A stretch of 64,000 bases of DNA from assembly GCF_964355755.1 (NCBI RefSeq), contig NC_092678.1:14010352-14074351 (forward strand), in the 5' to 3' direction. The position numbers were made by a program, and so were the translations under genes. Shown here piece after piece: positions 1 to 12,600 of this stretch. Each line of letters opens with the position of its first letter. The first letter of the stretch is position 1. Below the pieces are notes generated by a model. That model saw nothing but the letters and a program-made list of their open reading frames with translations. It was not told the origin of the DNA and searched no databases. Origin of the DNA: Antedon mediterranea (Eukaryota > Animalia > Echinodermata).

Positions 1-743
1 CTAGGCCTAGGCCCGCTAGGCTAGTTTCCTTTTGCACCTGCCTTGTATTTTAACCAACTTTATCCTGAATACCACAGCTTAGAATTAGTAGGCCTACTTT
101 AATGAAGAAAAATCACATAAAAGTAACAATAAATCCATTAAATTGGTGATTTTACAGACGTTGTTTTTCTCGCATTTCGCACACTCAATGTTCAATATTT
201 TGGTTTCTATGGAACGCCAAAAGAGCAAAATTAATTAGAGGGCTAAAAACTCCATTTATATTTAACGCATTATTTGGTGAAAATCAAGTACAATTTCAAT
301 AGATTTTGTCACTGTCAGTAAGGAAAAATGTTACTGTTGATAATGTACACGGTTTCGTTAACCTTTTAAAGAATAAAATAGAAAAATTCATCATAATATC
401 CTTAGTAGGATGTCCTAGGTCTAGACTAGGTAGTGATGTTGATTTAGGATCGATTATTATTCTTTGAAAACAGAATAGTATCAGCAGTAACATATTACAG
501 CATTTTTATTGACAAATTAACAAATATATTGAAATAAAACGTGTTTTTCACCAATAAATGCATGAGAAATTGATGCATTCCACTGAGTTTTAGTCCTCTA
601 TTATCGTTGCTCTTTTGGCGCTCCATAGAAACAAAAATATTGAACATTGAATAAGTTAAGGATTTATTTGTTACTTTTTATGTGATTCTTTCATTAAAGT
701 ACTCATGAGGTATACTTCTAAGGTGTGGTATTCACACGATAAA
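1..743. mobile_element. Palindromic MITE/foldback element; its right arm is split by the LINE and resumes at ~4255-4305
   Basis: Bases ~20-250 are the imperfect reverse complement of ~585-740 plus 4255-4305 (e.g. tcaatgttcaatattttggtttctatggaacgccaaaagagc vs gctcttttggcgctccatagaaacaaaaatattgaacattga). The left end may lie outside the window. Confidence 0.65.
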
Positions 744-941
744 ATAACTGTGCGAGTCGGTACGATTGGACGTGTACGCCAACAATGTTCATTTTGTAAT
801 GATTTAAACTGCATTAAATCTCAAACGGGTCTCAAATCATCATTTTTTATGAAGTTAGTCTAACAGGTCTTACTGAAGACGGAACCTAAACTGTGATTTA
901 GCCTACTAAACAAATAGAATCTGTTTCTAAAAGCTAGCCTC

Positions 942-1768
942 ATGACATCTAACTCGAAGGAAACTCCCGCCTCAACTGGCCCGTCTACACGGCAGTCCAA
1001 ACAAGCTCGATCGACTTTGTCGGAAATTATTAACAGTACCGATATGCTCTCACTCATTGAAGATAACATCAAAAAAGCTTTTAATGGACCATTAATGGCT
1101 GAACTTATCGGTAAGCTGATACGTTTTCAAATGAAACATTTATTAACTTAATTAACAAAACCGTTAAGAAAAGCCTTGAGGCGACTATGGACAGAATCGA
1201 TCGTGTTGAAGGCTCACTATTTGTTTGTGAAAGCAAAATAGATGACATAACAAATGAATTTGAGTCCATCAGCTCCTTTGTAGATGATATAAAAACTGAA
1301 ATGCACAATATACACAACTCAGTTGATGATCTAGAGCAATATTCACGCAGAAATAATATCAGAATTTTTGGAATGCCTGAATCTGACAACGAGAACACTG
1401 ATGAATTAGTATGCAAATTAGCAAGCAGCAAGCTGGGTGTAAACATCAACTTACACGACATTGACCGCTCACACCGAACAGGACGAAAGAATGCTAAAGC
1501 ACGTCGACCTAGGCCAATTATTGTAAAGTTTACCTCATATAGAAGTCGAAGAAACGTTATAACAGTGAGAAGGAAATTAAAAGGCTCTGGGATATCTATC
1601 CAAGAGGATCTTACCCTAAAAAGACGCAATCTTCTGGCTCAATTGAAGCAACATCAGAATACAAACAGTGTTTGGTCGATTGATGGACGTATTTTTGCAA
1701 CCATCTTGAAGAATGGCAGGGAAGTTGTAACTCCTATACTTTCTATTTCTGACATTGGCAAATCTTAA
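942..1768 (+). pseudogene. LINE ORF1 (coiled coil plus L1-type RRM/CTD), frameshifted near 1105-1150
   Basis: DDLEQYSRRNNIRIFG, DIDRSHR, PRPIIVKF and ISIQEDLT are typical ORF1p motifs; split over ORFs 942-1151 and 1187-1768. Confidence 0.85.
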
Positions 1769-2149
1769 TTTTAAACTATTGTATTATTATTCTTATTACT
1801 ATAGTTATTGATATACTTTATTATAATCGTTTAATCTGCTGTTTTTGCGTATCAGTTCCAAATTAACACTTCTGATTAAACCATTTTTCACGTGTATATT
1901 TATACCATTGCGGTATTAGTTACTATTATTATTATCTTGCTATTCCATCACATACTTATCACATTTAGTGTCTCTATGCTGACTTCATCATTATTTTATT
2001 CCCCATACATTAAATGCATTGAATTTAAATCATTTAATTAAATTCTATCATCTCTGGGCATTTTAGAACTCTGTGCCTGTGATGTATGTGCTTATTGTGT
2101 ATGAATATGTATTTATGTGTGTATGTGTATATATGTATATAATACGGAA

Positions 2150-3858
2150 CTTTTTAATAAAATTAATTAATTAATAAAAGAACCTTTAATAGTAGCAAAT
2201 CTATTCAATGACCACTTTACAAATATTGGACCCAACCTTGCTGGAAAAATAAACAATGACTCTGATAAAACTTTTCATCACTTCTTACATCCCCCTATTC
2301 CTAACTCAATTTTTCTTTCACCTGTAACCGAACAAGAAGTGCACAAAATCACAAATTCATTTAAAAGCAACAAGGCCTCTGGCATCGATGACATTTGTGC
2401 TAAAGTTATTAAAAAATCCATTGACACTATTCTCTCTCCTCTCACTTACATTTTTAATTTATCTCTTACATCTGGTGTTTTTCCCAACTCCCTAAAAATT
2501 GATAAAGTTATTCCAATTTTCAAGAAAGGTAGCAAGTCCGATCCAAATAACTATCGTCCAATCTCCATCCTTCCCTTTTTTTCAAAGATTCTTGAAAAGA
2601 TTATTTATAACCACGTCTATGATTTTATAAGCAAGCACAATATTCTTTATAATAAACAATTCGGATTTAGGAAAAACTATTCTACGTCTTTTGCGCTAAT
2701 TGATTTATCCAACAACATTATTGATGCAATTCAAAACAATTCTTTTCCCTCTGGCTTGCTTATTGACCTGTCGAAAGCTTTTGATACTATTGACCATCAT
2801 ATTCTGATTACTAAACTTTCAAATTATGGTATCCGTGGTGTTGCTCTTAAACTTTTAAAAAATTACTTATCAAATAGATTTCAATGTACTTCTGTTAACA
2901 ATCATACCTCTGATCTTAAGCCCATTACCTGTGGTGTTCCCCAAGGGTCCTTGCTTGGCCCTCTTTTATTTCTAATTTACATCAATGATTTACCAAACGC
3001 CTCAGATATCCTTACCTTTTATCTTTATGCAGATGACACGACTTTATTTTTTAAAAGTGTTAACTTTCAATCAATTTTTCATACTTTTAACCAAGAATTA
3101 ATTAATATTAACGATTATTTTAATGTGAATAAACTTTCAATAAACCTAAGTAAATGCAACTTTATGTTGTTTGGAATACGTCATCAAAAACTGACCGACG
3201 AGTCTCATAAAATTCTGATTGGTGATCAAGTAATTCCCCATGTTAAGCAAACCAAATTTCTAGGTGTTTTAATTGACCAAGAGCTAAATTTTAAAAATCA
3301 TATAAAAGAAATTGAATTAAAAATTTCTAAAAACATTGGCATACTTTATCGTCTGTCTTCTTTTTACCGTCTCAAATTTTACGCAATATTTACTGTTCCT
3401 TTATTCTGCCTTTTATTAGTTACTGTAACATTGTATGGGCCAATAATTACCCTTCAAATCTTAGTAAAATACACGTCCTTCAAAAGAAAGCTGTTCGTCT
3501 TATCTCGGGTAACTCACGTCTTGCTCATACTAATATTCTTTTTTATAACCTTAAACTCTTAACTGTGCACGATATTAATAAACTCCAACAATGCATTTTC
3601 GTTTATGAACATATTAATTCCAAACTGCCTTCTAACTTTTCCTGTAATTTTTTAACTAACTCTGAAATCCATTCGTATAACACAAGGGCATCACAGGACC
3701 TTCATCTTCCTCAACCTAAACTAACTAAAATGAAACATAACATTCGCTATAGTGGTTCTAAACTATTCAATAATCTACCTCCCGAAATGTCATCATCGTC
3801 TTCTAGCAAAATGTTCTCTTTTAAACTTAAAGAATATCTTATTTCAAATTATAACTAA
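2150..3858 (+). pseudogene. LINE ORF2 reverse transcriptase, N-terminally deleted and frameshifted near 3360
   Basis: NYRPISILP, QFGFR, DLSKAFD, GVPQGSLLGP and YADD motifs; C-terminal HSYNTR motif in ORF 3565-3858. Confidence 0.9.
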
Positions 3859-5250
3859 TTGTTTTCTCTATTTTGTAATATTTTTTTAACTTTAGAAACT
3901 TTTTCGAAATTGCTTCCTTTACTGTTGGTGTGTGTGTGTGTGTGTCTGTTGATCTATATGTGTTTGTGTATTTATATGTTTACATTTATATATATAAGTA
4001 TATAATGTTCTTACATGGCTTCCCAACATACAAGTTTTAATTGGATTTTTTTTTCCAATTGATCGATACTTTCTTGGGTTTTTTTGCCTCTTTCATTTTG
4101 TATATAACTGAATCATCTTTTTATACATTATGATTTACTGTATTATATCTCTAAAAAAAAAAAAAATATTTATTTATAAAATATCAGAAATTATAATGTT
4201 TTTTTACTCAAATATGAATGAAAGAAATAAATGTTTATTTGAATTTGAATTTGAATAAAGTTAGTTATCAAATTTGGAGTAAAAATACAAGCGAAGGAAA
4301 CTAGTGCCAGGTTTATTAGTACGTACATGGACAACAATAAATAAAAATCGTTCGTAATATACCTAGCTTACTAAAACAGGAATAGTGTATCATTATTAAA
4401 TATTACACCAATTATTATTATATCAAAATTGATTAAATTATTTTCTACATAGGCCTCTTATCTAGGTTAGGGCTAAGCATATTAGCTAAAGTTAAATTTT
4501 AGGCCTAGTATTACAATTATCGGACGTAAGTCTTTTTTCACACGCGCTCCAGAATTCTGTTGCAATTTTTTTCTTTGCGGCATGTTATTGGATCGCCATA
4601 TCAGTTACCTTTTATTCACCGCCAGTTATTGAACTTGTCCTGGCAATCGCTGTTCACCTTATTTGCGAGAGAGGTACACGTGTTGTTCCTAGAGAATGGA
4701 AGGTCAAAAATGTCTTTGGCACGCCGCTCAGAGAGAAGTCTGTGCGTTGCTGCTGAAACCACGTGCTATAGGAGGGGAATGCACCACAATAATCCTCTGA
4801 GCTGAGGGCTGAATCATTCCGCTACCTGCTAAATAGTAAAGAGGGATTTTCCATCTCTCGGGTCTACCGGATCTAGGCGCAGGGGTGTGACAAAATATTA
4901 TTTTCACTCTGCTATGTTCGAGAGACATGTGAGTGAACACGCTCGAAATGCCAACAAACATTGCAGTCAAATGAAGTACATTCATAAATTATCGGAATAT
5001 ATTGTGTGGAAATTGTAAAATCAGTATATAAGATTACATCGAGAGAACTTACAATGAGGCCTATATTAGAAATCGGGTGAAACCCCAATAGCCGAATAAG
5101 GTAGCTGAGTTGTTATGTTAGGTCTGTAACTGCGTGTGTCGCGGATGTCAATCATATTTTACAAGATGTTTAGGCGCCGATGTTTAAACTAAATAATTAA
5201 TACCAATTAGGCCTACCATATTTATTTGAATAAAGCACCCGTCTCCTGTA

Positions 5251-7108
5251 CACACAGTCTCATGGATGCCAATGCTGAAACATACCCGCACACAATAACA
5301 CGAGGATGCTTCGCATTTACCTAGATTCGTTTTTGACGACTAAAGCAATCGAATCTAGGTAAAACGATTTAACATGACACGCTGTTTTACAATATAAATA
5401 GTTTGTTAAATTGAATTGCTGGTCTCATTTCTTTCCGTACCCAACTTTATTTTGAATAGGATTTATTCATGTTATGCATTTTTTTTTGTTCTGTAATAGC
5501 CTACATTGTGTAAATAGTTTATTGTTTACGTACTCTTTTCAAATGTATGTTGTGTTTTTTGTTATTTAGCAGACTTGTATTTGTTGCACATACTCTATCT
5601 TAGGTTTTTTATAATAAATGGGCACACTTTTATTCAACTACTACATGCTATCGTATCTGCTACGTGTGGAGTGCCTTGCGTTCACTTATGTACAGTACGG
5701 CGAAGCTTTATTCGAATGATCCTGGGTACGTACTAGGGAGTAAACTCCCGTATAGCTGATATTGCAAACTATCGAATCCCATGAGTTATCTATAGTTCCA
5801 TTTATTATCATTGAAACAGAAAAAAGATATATGACACGTTGAAAAGTTAGTTTTGAAGTAATACACACCCTTTTTTAACTTCCTATCAATTCTGTTTGAT
5901 ATCACATTTTCACGCATTTTCTTGGTTAGCTCGGCAACTGTACAAAAATTGCAACTGGTAAGAAAAGTTTATATACAAATTTGTTTTTTAGAGTTTATGA
6001 AAAACACTGAATTGCATTTAATCTATATCAATGTGTACTTCAATTATTTTAAAGCATTACACAACCTAGTGCTTATTCCTAACACAGTGTTGGTAAATTC
6101 TCTAAATAAGCCTATACAATGTGAAAAAGAGCAAAATATAAAACTTGACAAACTACACTCTTTTCTTTGATCAATTCAACATAATTTAAACGAATAATTT
6201 ACCGTTTTAATATTCAATTTTATCCCATTTGCTCTCTCCATTTGCATGAAAAGCAGTCAGTGTAACGATACCATCCGTCGATGGTTCTTTGGGATTGAAT
6301 CTATGTTAAAAATGTAAGTAAGTTGAACAGTAATTTGCTTTAATTATTATCATCTACATCAAATGTATAAGTAAAATTCTTGATATATCAATACCGAAAC
6401 GTATGTTACATACTAATACTAATAATAATAAAACAATATCTTTTAAAAAACATGGATATTCTAAAAATTAAAAAAGAGGTAATCAATAATCAACACGTTT
6501 AAACTTATTATAAATTTTAAATTTTTTTTGAAACAGATGATTAATAATATCCTGATTTTGTCAACACAAAATATGTCAAACATTTGTATTTTGTTTACCT
6601 CTCTCTAAGCATGGCCTTTACGTATTATATTATTATGTGTTTATAATGTAAAAGTAGGGGCTACCCACACTCACAGTGATAAAGTTTATTAGTATATTTG
6701 TTTCTATAATATCTAACAGTACCAACACTACCGATCAAAAGTGGTTAGTACCTATTTGCAGTATTGTATAGCATTACAATACTATTTCTGTTTATTCTCC
6801 AAGGGTCTATACATTTACCTACTTGTGTTAAACCATGGAGGTATGCAAGTATGGTTAAACCAAATAATTTGGAATGTTCCATTCATTGCAAATCAATACA
6901 TTTGTATAAACGTATATTAAATCGATCAAAATAGTATTTTTTTAAAGAAAATCGGCCTGTCTTCAACATTATGATGCTGTACTCGAGCTGTTCAACCGGT
7001 TTTCAGCCATTAAAAACAGTTATCGTAGGAAGAGATAGGAAAATGCGAAGCATCCTCGTATTATTGTATGCAGGTATTTTTCACGGTGGACATGCATTAG
7101 ACAGTGTA
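5251..7108. mobile_element. Non-autonomous TIR DNA transposon (~1.86 kb, TA-flanked)
   Basis: ~70-bp imperfect inverted repeats: 5251-5320 (...acaataacacgaggatgcttcgcattt) vs 7041-7108 (aaatgcgaagcatcctcgtattattgt...gacagtgta). Confidence 0.6.
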
Positions 7109-7280
7109 TACCACGATCGGAAAACACCCCTTTTTGGGGCAAATCGTTGAACCTAAATTCGTTTTAATTGTCAATAACTAATTATCTGACTCAATTTAAT
7201 TAGTAAGCAGGTTTACATCAGGTGGTTAAAATCAGTACCGGAAGTACGAACCAACTTTATTATACCATCGAGTAAAAATT

Positions 7281-7835
7281 CTAGAAGTAAGGCGCGATTT
7301 ACCGAATTTTGCCCTTACGTAAATTTATATATAGAAGCATGTGTGCGAGTTTGGTGTAATGGTTATGTAACAAGCCTTTCAATTAACAATAGCTTCAGTT
7401 GACTAACAATAGAACAGCAACGCGAAAATCAAACAAGTGAATTTGAAAAGAAATAGGTTTTTTAAACTACTCGCATCAAAAAACGTGTACATTAAATAAA
7501 ATTATGTTTTAAAATTACAAATCACAAATTATAACTCTTGGCTCTTGTTAAAAAATGAAGTTTTTTTGACAAATAGTTCTCGAGAAAATGCAATTTCAGT
7601 TTACTTGTTACTTTAAGACTGCTCGCCGGCTTTTGAACAATTCTAGCAGGTCTAAAAAAGTATACTAAAAAGTGGTCCAGAATTGGGACCATGGTCCGAA
7701 ATGGTCCCAAAATTTAATGGAATGGTCCTTGACCACATATCTATCTGTACATTCATTTTGGTAAAGATCTTGTAATTACTTTTTGAGTAATCCTGCTAAC
7801 AAACAAACAAACAGACAGACAAACAAACAAACAAA
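7281..7835 (+). mobile_element. Short Helentron-associated element (HINE-like) ending in (AAAC)n/(AGAC)n
   Basis: Starts at CTAG; shares blocks with 7955-8410; ends in a tetranucleotide microsatellite, as DINE/HINE elements do. Confidence 0.5.
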
Positions 7836-9322
7836 CTAGCCTTCGCGCATAGCGCGATACTTGGCCAAATCAAAATTGGCCTCCTGACATTGACCCAATT
7901 TTCACCAAAAGTGTGTGTCTTATGCTGTGTGATTTAGGCTAATTTCACTACAATCATGTGTATACGAGTTTGGTGTAAAGGTTTGTAACCAGCCTTTCAA
8001 CTAACATTACGTGTACAGCCCCATTAGAGAATGTGTTCATTTTTACCCGAAGTTTTTCAAAACTTTGGGTAAATGTCACTTAACCTCCTACTGTGACATG
8101 TGTTTATATAAGTCCAACTTTGATAGACAGGTCGTTAAACCTTTTGATCATTGCTGACTTCTGCTAGTTTTTGCCTGACCATTGACCTTGCATACTGAAG
8201 AATGTACCTTTTCCTAATCAATCAATTACAAGAAAGCTAATAAAATCACAGGGGTATAATAGGATTCAGGTCATTAATCACCTGCTTAGTTGATTTATCT
8301 GATAAGGATTTTGACCAAAAAGTTCTAATGGGGATGTACACCTAATGAACAATAGCTCAGACAACTAACAATAGAACAGCAACGCGAAAAACACACGGGT
8401 GAATTTGAAAAATAGGCATATTTTCATCATTGTTTAGCCTATGCGTGCGTAGCCTGTCACTTTTGACGTGCTCGTATAACGCAATTTTGAGTTTAAAAAT
8501 GAATAAAATGTCATTAAATTGTTGTAGAAAGGTTTTAAAACAGAAATCATGCAGAAATGGTGCGCATTAACGTTTTATGCACATTGCGCACGCAAAAATG
8601 TGCGCAATTTTTAAACATTTAAAAGTACCTGAAACGTACTCTAATTTCATAAATAATGAATTTTGACTTTTTTAAAAATGTTAAGCGCAGATACGCGTAT
8701 ATGCGCTACGCACGTAATTATATTGCCATATGATGACCTGAAATTTATGAGTACCAAATTTGGTTTAATTATGATAAATGCTTGTGAAGATATGATTACA
8801 AACGTGACTTTGTTAATTCGCGCGTAGACTGCGTAATTTTTGATTGCGCATCGTGACAAGATAACCACATCGATTCCTGGCCATAAGAAATATACTCTGA
8901 AAAAATGACGTAGCTAGATGAAACATATATCTCAAGATAATTGACGGACAAATTATAATCTATAATTCATCACAATGACGAATTATAGGTTATATGCATT
9001 GATTTAAGTAATAAGATAATTGATTTTTAAAAGATATATTTATTTTGTCATGGTGTTAGGCCAATTTATAATAATTATATGAAAGAGATTTTGGTATTAT
9101 GCTAATACAATAACCGGTATCATCACTGCACATCGAGCCACTTGCATAAAAACAACCCGATCAAAGATCCGTATACATTATAAACTTTTCTTATTACATA
9201 ATAATAAATACATAATTTTTATATATGTTTCATTATAAATCAGGCGTATAATTTATACACTACATGAGAAATAAAATTGAACAAACAATACGGATATAAC
9301 AAAATCTTATTTCGTTTTGTTT

Positions 9323-9396
9323 CCAAGGCGAGACTCGAACACGGTACCACGAGTGGTATAGACGCGATCACAGACCATTGAGCCATACGCACTTGG
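9323..9396 (-). other. tRNA-like Pol III promoter segment inside the Helentron leader
   Basis: Minus strand reads ccaagtgcgtaTGGCTCAATGGtctgtgatcgcgtctataccactcgtggtaccgtGTTCGAGTCtcgccttgg: A box, B box and a CCAAG/CTTGG closing stem, but no canonical cloverleaf. Confidence 0.45.
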
Positions 9397-9650
9397 TTGA
9401 AGAAATCATCCGTGTATTTACTATGCAGTAACCACTTTGGTGCAATTTTATTACATACGGTTCAGCTGTTATGACCATGCAAATTTGGTTTCCGGGTGAA
9501 ATTTTCTTCAGTTTAACAGTTATCGTTTTGTATAGTATACTCTAACTGAACCTACGTACAGATATTAAATTATTTACTTAATTCTCATATACATATACAG
9601 GTATGTTTTGTAATTTTATCCTGTAATATACAATTAACAAAATTTTCATA

Positions 9651-12600
9651 ATGGCTCATGCAAAAAGTGCTGCACAAAGAGGAAAAGAGCAGAAAATGAA
9701 ACAACGAGAGGTCCGTGCCTGTCAATCTCAAGAGAAGTTAGAAGAAACTCGCAAAAAATCTAGGGAAAGAATGGCTCTAAAACAAAATGCTGAAACAAAG
9801 GAAGAAAGAAATTTGAGGATCAAAAAGGAGAAATTAACTATGGAAACAAAGAGGGCAAATGAGACTGAGGAAAAAACTAAGAAAAGGCTTGATGGAGAAA
9901 AACGTGCAGTGGCCGAAAAACGTAAACAAGAGACTGGGAACCAGACTAAGGAAAGACTTAAGAGAGAAAAACGTGCTGTGTCTGAAAGACGTAAACAAGA
10001 GACTGAGAACCAGACTAAGGAAAGACTAAAGAGAGAAAAACGTGCTGTGTCTGAAAGACGTAAACAAGGGACTGGGAACCAGACTAAGGAAAGACTTAAG
10101 AGAGAAAAACGTGCTGTGTCTGAAAGACGTAAACAAGAGACTGGGAACCAGACTAAGGAAAGACTTAAGAGAGAAAAACGTGCTGTGTCTGAAAGACGCA
10201 AACAAGAGACTGGGAACCAGACTAAGGTTAAGAATTAAGAGAGAAAAATGTGCAGTGTCTGAAAGACGTAAAAAAGAGACTGGGAACCAGACTAAGGAAA
10301 GACTTAAGAGAGAAAAACGTGCTGTGTCTGAAAGACGTAAACAAGAGACTGTGAACCAGACTAAGGAAAGACTTAAGAGAGAAAAACGTGCAGTATCTGA
10401 AAGACGTGAACAAGAGACTGGGAACCAGACTAAGGAAAGGCTTGAGAGAGAAAAACATGCAGTGTCTGAAAGACGGAAAAAGGAGACTGGTGTACAGAGA
10501 ACACTGAGGCTTCGGGAAAAAAGGACTACCGAGTCACTAAGACGTGACAACAAGTGCTCGGACAAACGGTCGAAAAGACTGAAAATAGCCGATTAACGAT
10601 GCAAAATATAAAACAACTAAGACGTACAAAAATACCTAGTAACGATGATATTGTGTCCGATTTTTTGAAAAATGTTAAGGATTCGGCATTTTATGTGTGC
10701 TGCTCTTGTCACCGGATGATGTTCAGAATAACGGTTGTTGAATTACATGGCGATCGCTACCCAAAAGCTAAACCATCAATGCTGGAAAATGTACTTTCAT
10801 ACAGAATCACATCGGCAATTGGGAAACAATAGATTTGCAGAACTTGTCATTTAACACTCAAACGAGGAAAAATGCCCACGCAAGCAAAAGCTAATAATTT
10901 GTCTTTGACTGACCAACCACGAGCGCTAAAAAATTTGAATGCTCTTGAACTGAGATTGATATGTCAACAAGTTCCTTTCATGAAGATGGTTGGGTTGCCT
11001 CGTGGAAAACAACATGGTATCCATGGTCCCGCAGTCAATGTACCAGCAAAACTTGATACAGTATGTTCTTTATTTCCACGATTACCATCGGAGACACAAC
11101 TAATTCCAATGAAGTTTAAAAGAAGTTTAAAACATTCCTCGCATTATATCTATGACTATGTTGATATCGGACGAGTATAAACAGCTTTGAGATACTTGAA
11201 AAGAAACCATGTGTGGTACCACGAGATCGATATCAGAGACAATTGGGTTTTGGATGCTGAAAACGATGACAAAGAGCTCTTTCAAGCTTTAGTATGTACC
11301 GGTTCAGATAGAAAATCAGATGAGAATCTAAAAACACCCGATGAAAACAGTGACTCAGAAAATAACGGTCAAAGTGATGGTGAGAAATTTGACCAAGCTT
11401 GCACATGCACTGAGGTTGCTGAAACGAGTGGAGTCACATACCAAATTTGTAACGTTGACGAAAATAGCGATTTGGGGAAATTGAACACAATGGCAAAGGA
11501 AAATAACATGAACATTGTCGATGTTCCTGGAGATGGGGATTGTATTTTCTACTGCGTGTGTTATCAGCTTGAAAGATTAGAGATCACAAAGCTGAATGTC
11601 AAGGAGTTACGAAGTTGTCTATCAAAATATATGGTTGACAATGCAGATTGCTATCGAGACTTTGTTTGTGCTAGCGTAGAATCCAATGGTCTGTCCAATG
11701 CAGATACCGAGCAACCAACTGGCAACGATCCTGCAATTTCCTTGATAAGCGATGTCGAAACAAGAAAAGAAATACAATGGATAAAATACTTGGACCGTTT
11801 AGAATCTGGAACTCAGTGGGGTGAACATATTTCACTACAAGCTATTGCAGATATGTTTTCTTTGTGCGTGTTTGTTCATACAACAACAAATATGTTAAAG
11901 CATTCTGTTCGCTCTAAGATCGGAGGTGAAACATAGTTTTCATGTTGGGATTGATTGGACAGTCTCATTACGTTGTGTTTGAACCTTATGCTCAAGAAAA
12001 TAATGACAACGATGTCGAGCTGCCTGAATCTGTGTGGCAAAATTATGATGACGATGTTGATCAATTATTGGCAGTACATGAGATAAATGAAGAGGGTAAT
12101 AATGACAGTGATGAAAATGATGCTGAAGATGCTGATGCTTTTGAAGCGGCTTCAAAGATTCGTGGCTTGCCCTATGAAACTAGCATGGTCAAAGAAAACG
12201 CTGATCTTAAAATTAAATTGATAAGCGTCGCTCCAGCCGAATCGGAAAAACCGCAGCCGATACTCTGTGATCTTAATTTTGAAGAGCTATCGAATCCTGA
12301 TAAATATCATGATGGCAAGAATGCTCTAACAGCTGAAAGACCAATTGAAATAGCTCCACGGAAATACTTCAATCAAAGACTTCTTGATGTGGATGGACGT
12401 TTTGCGAAATCTATTGAATATCTTCTGAGCGAACAATATGCTGTGGAAAACAAACAAGTTCAGGGTGACATAAACCACTTTATATTTCGCAGAACGGCCG
12501 GAAAACAATGTCATGGTACATGTCTAAATGTTGGCCTTACTAAGAATGTTGAGAAGATGAATGAACTGATAAAGGGCAACCATGCATACAAGATTCTAAA

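Larger units (their letters stand above)
744..4254 (+). mobile_element. Non-LTR retrotransposon (CR1/L2 group), 5'-complete but lacking the endonuclease domain
   Basis: ORF1 then RT; 3' AATAAA and (TTTGAA)n tail at 4238-4254; short ATAAA duplication at 739-743 and 4255-4259; the flanking MITE sequence rejoins across it. Confidence 0.85.

Noticed and set aside
1105-1629. 174-aa minus-strand ORF
   Set aside because: Antisense to LINE ORF1, with no independent motif.
9728-10565. Minus-strand Leu/Ser-rich ORFs
   Set aside because: Antisense shadows of the 69-bp coding repeat.
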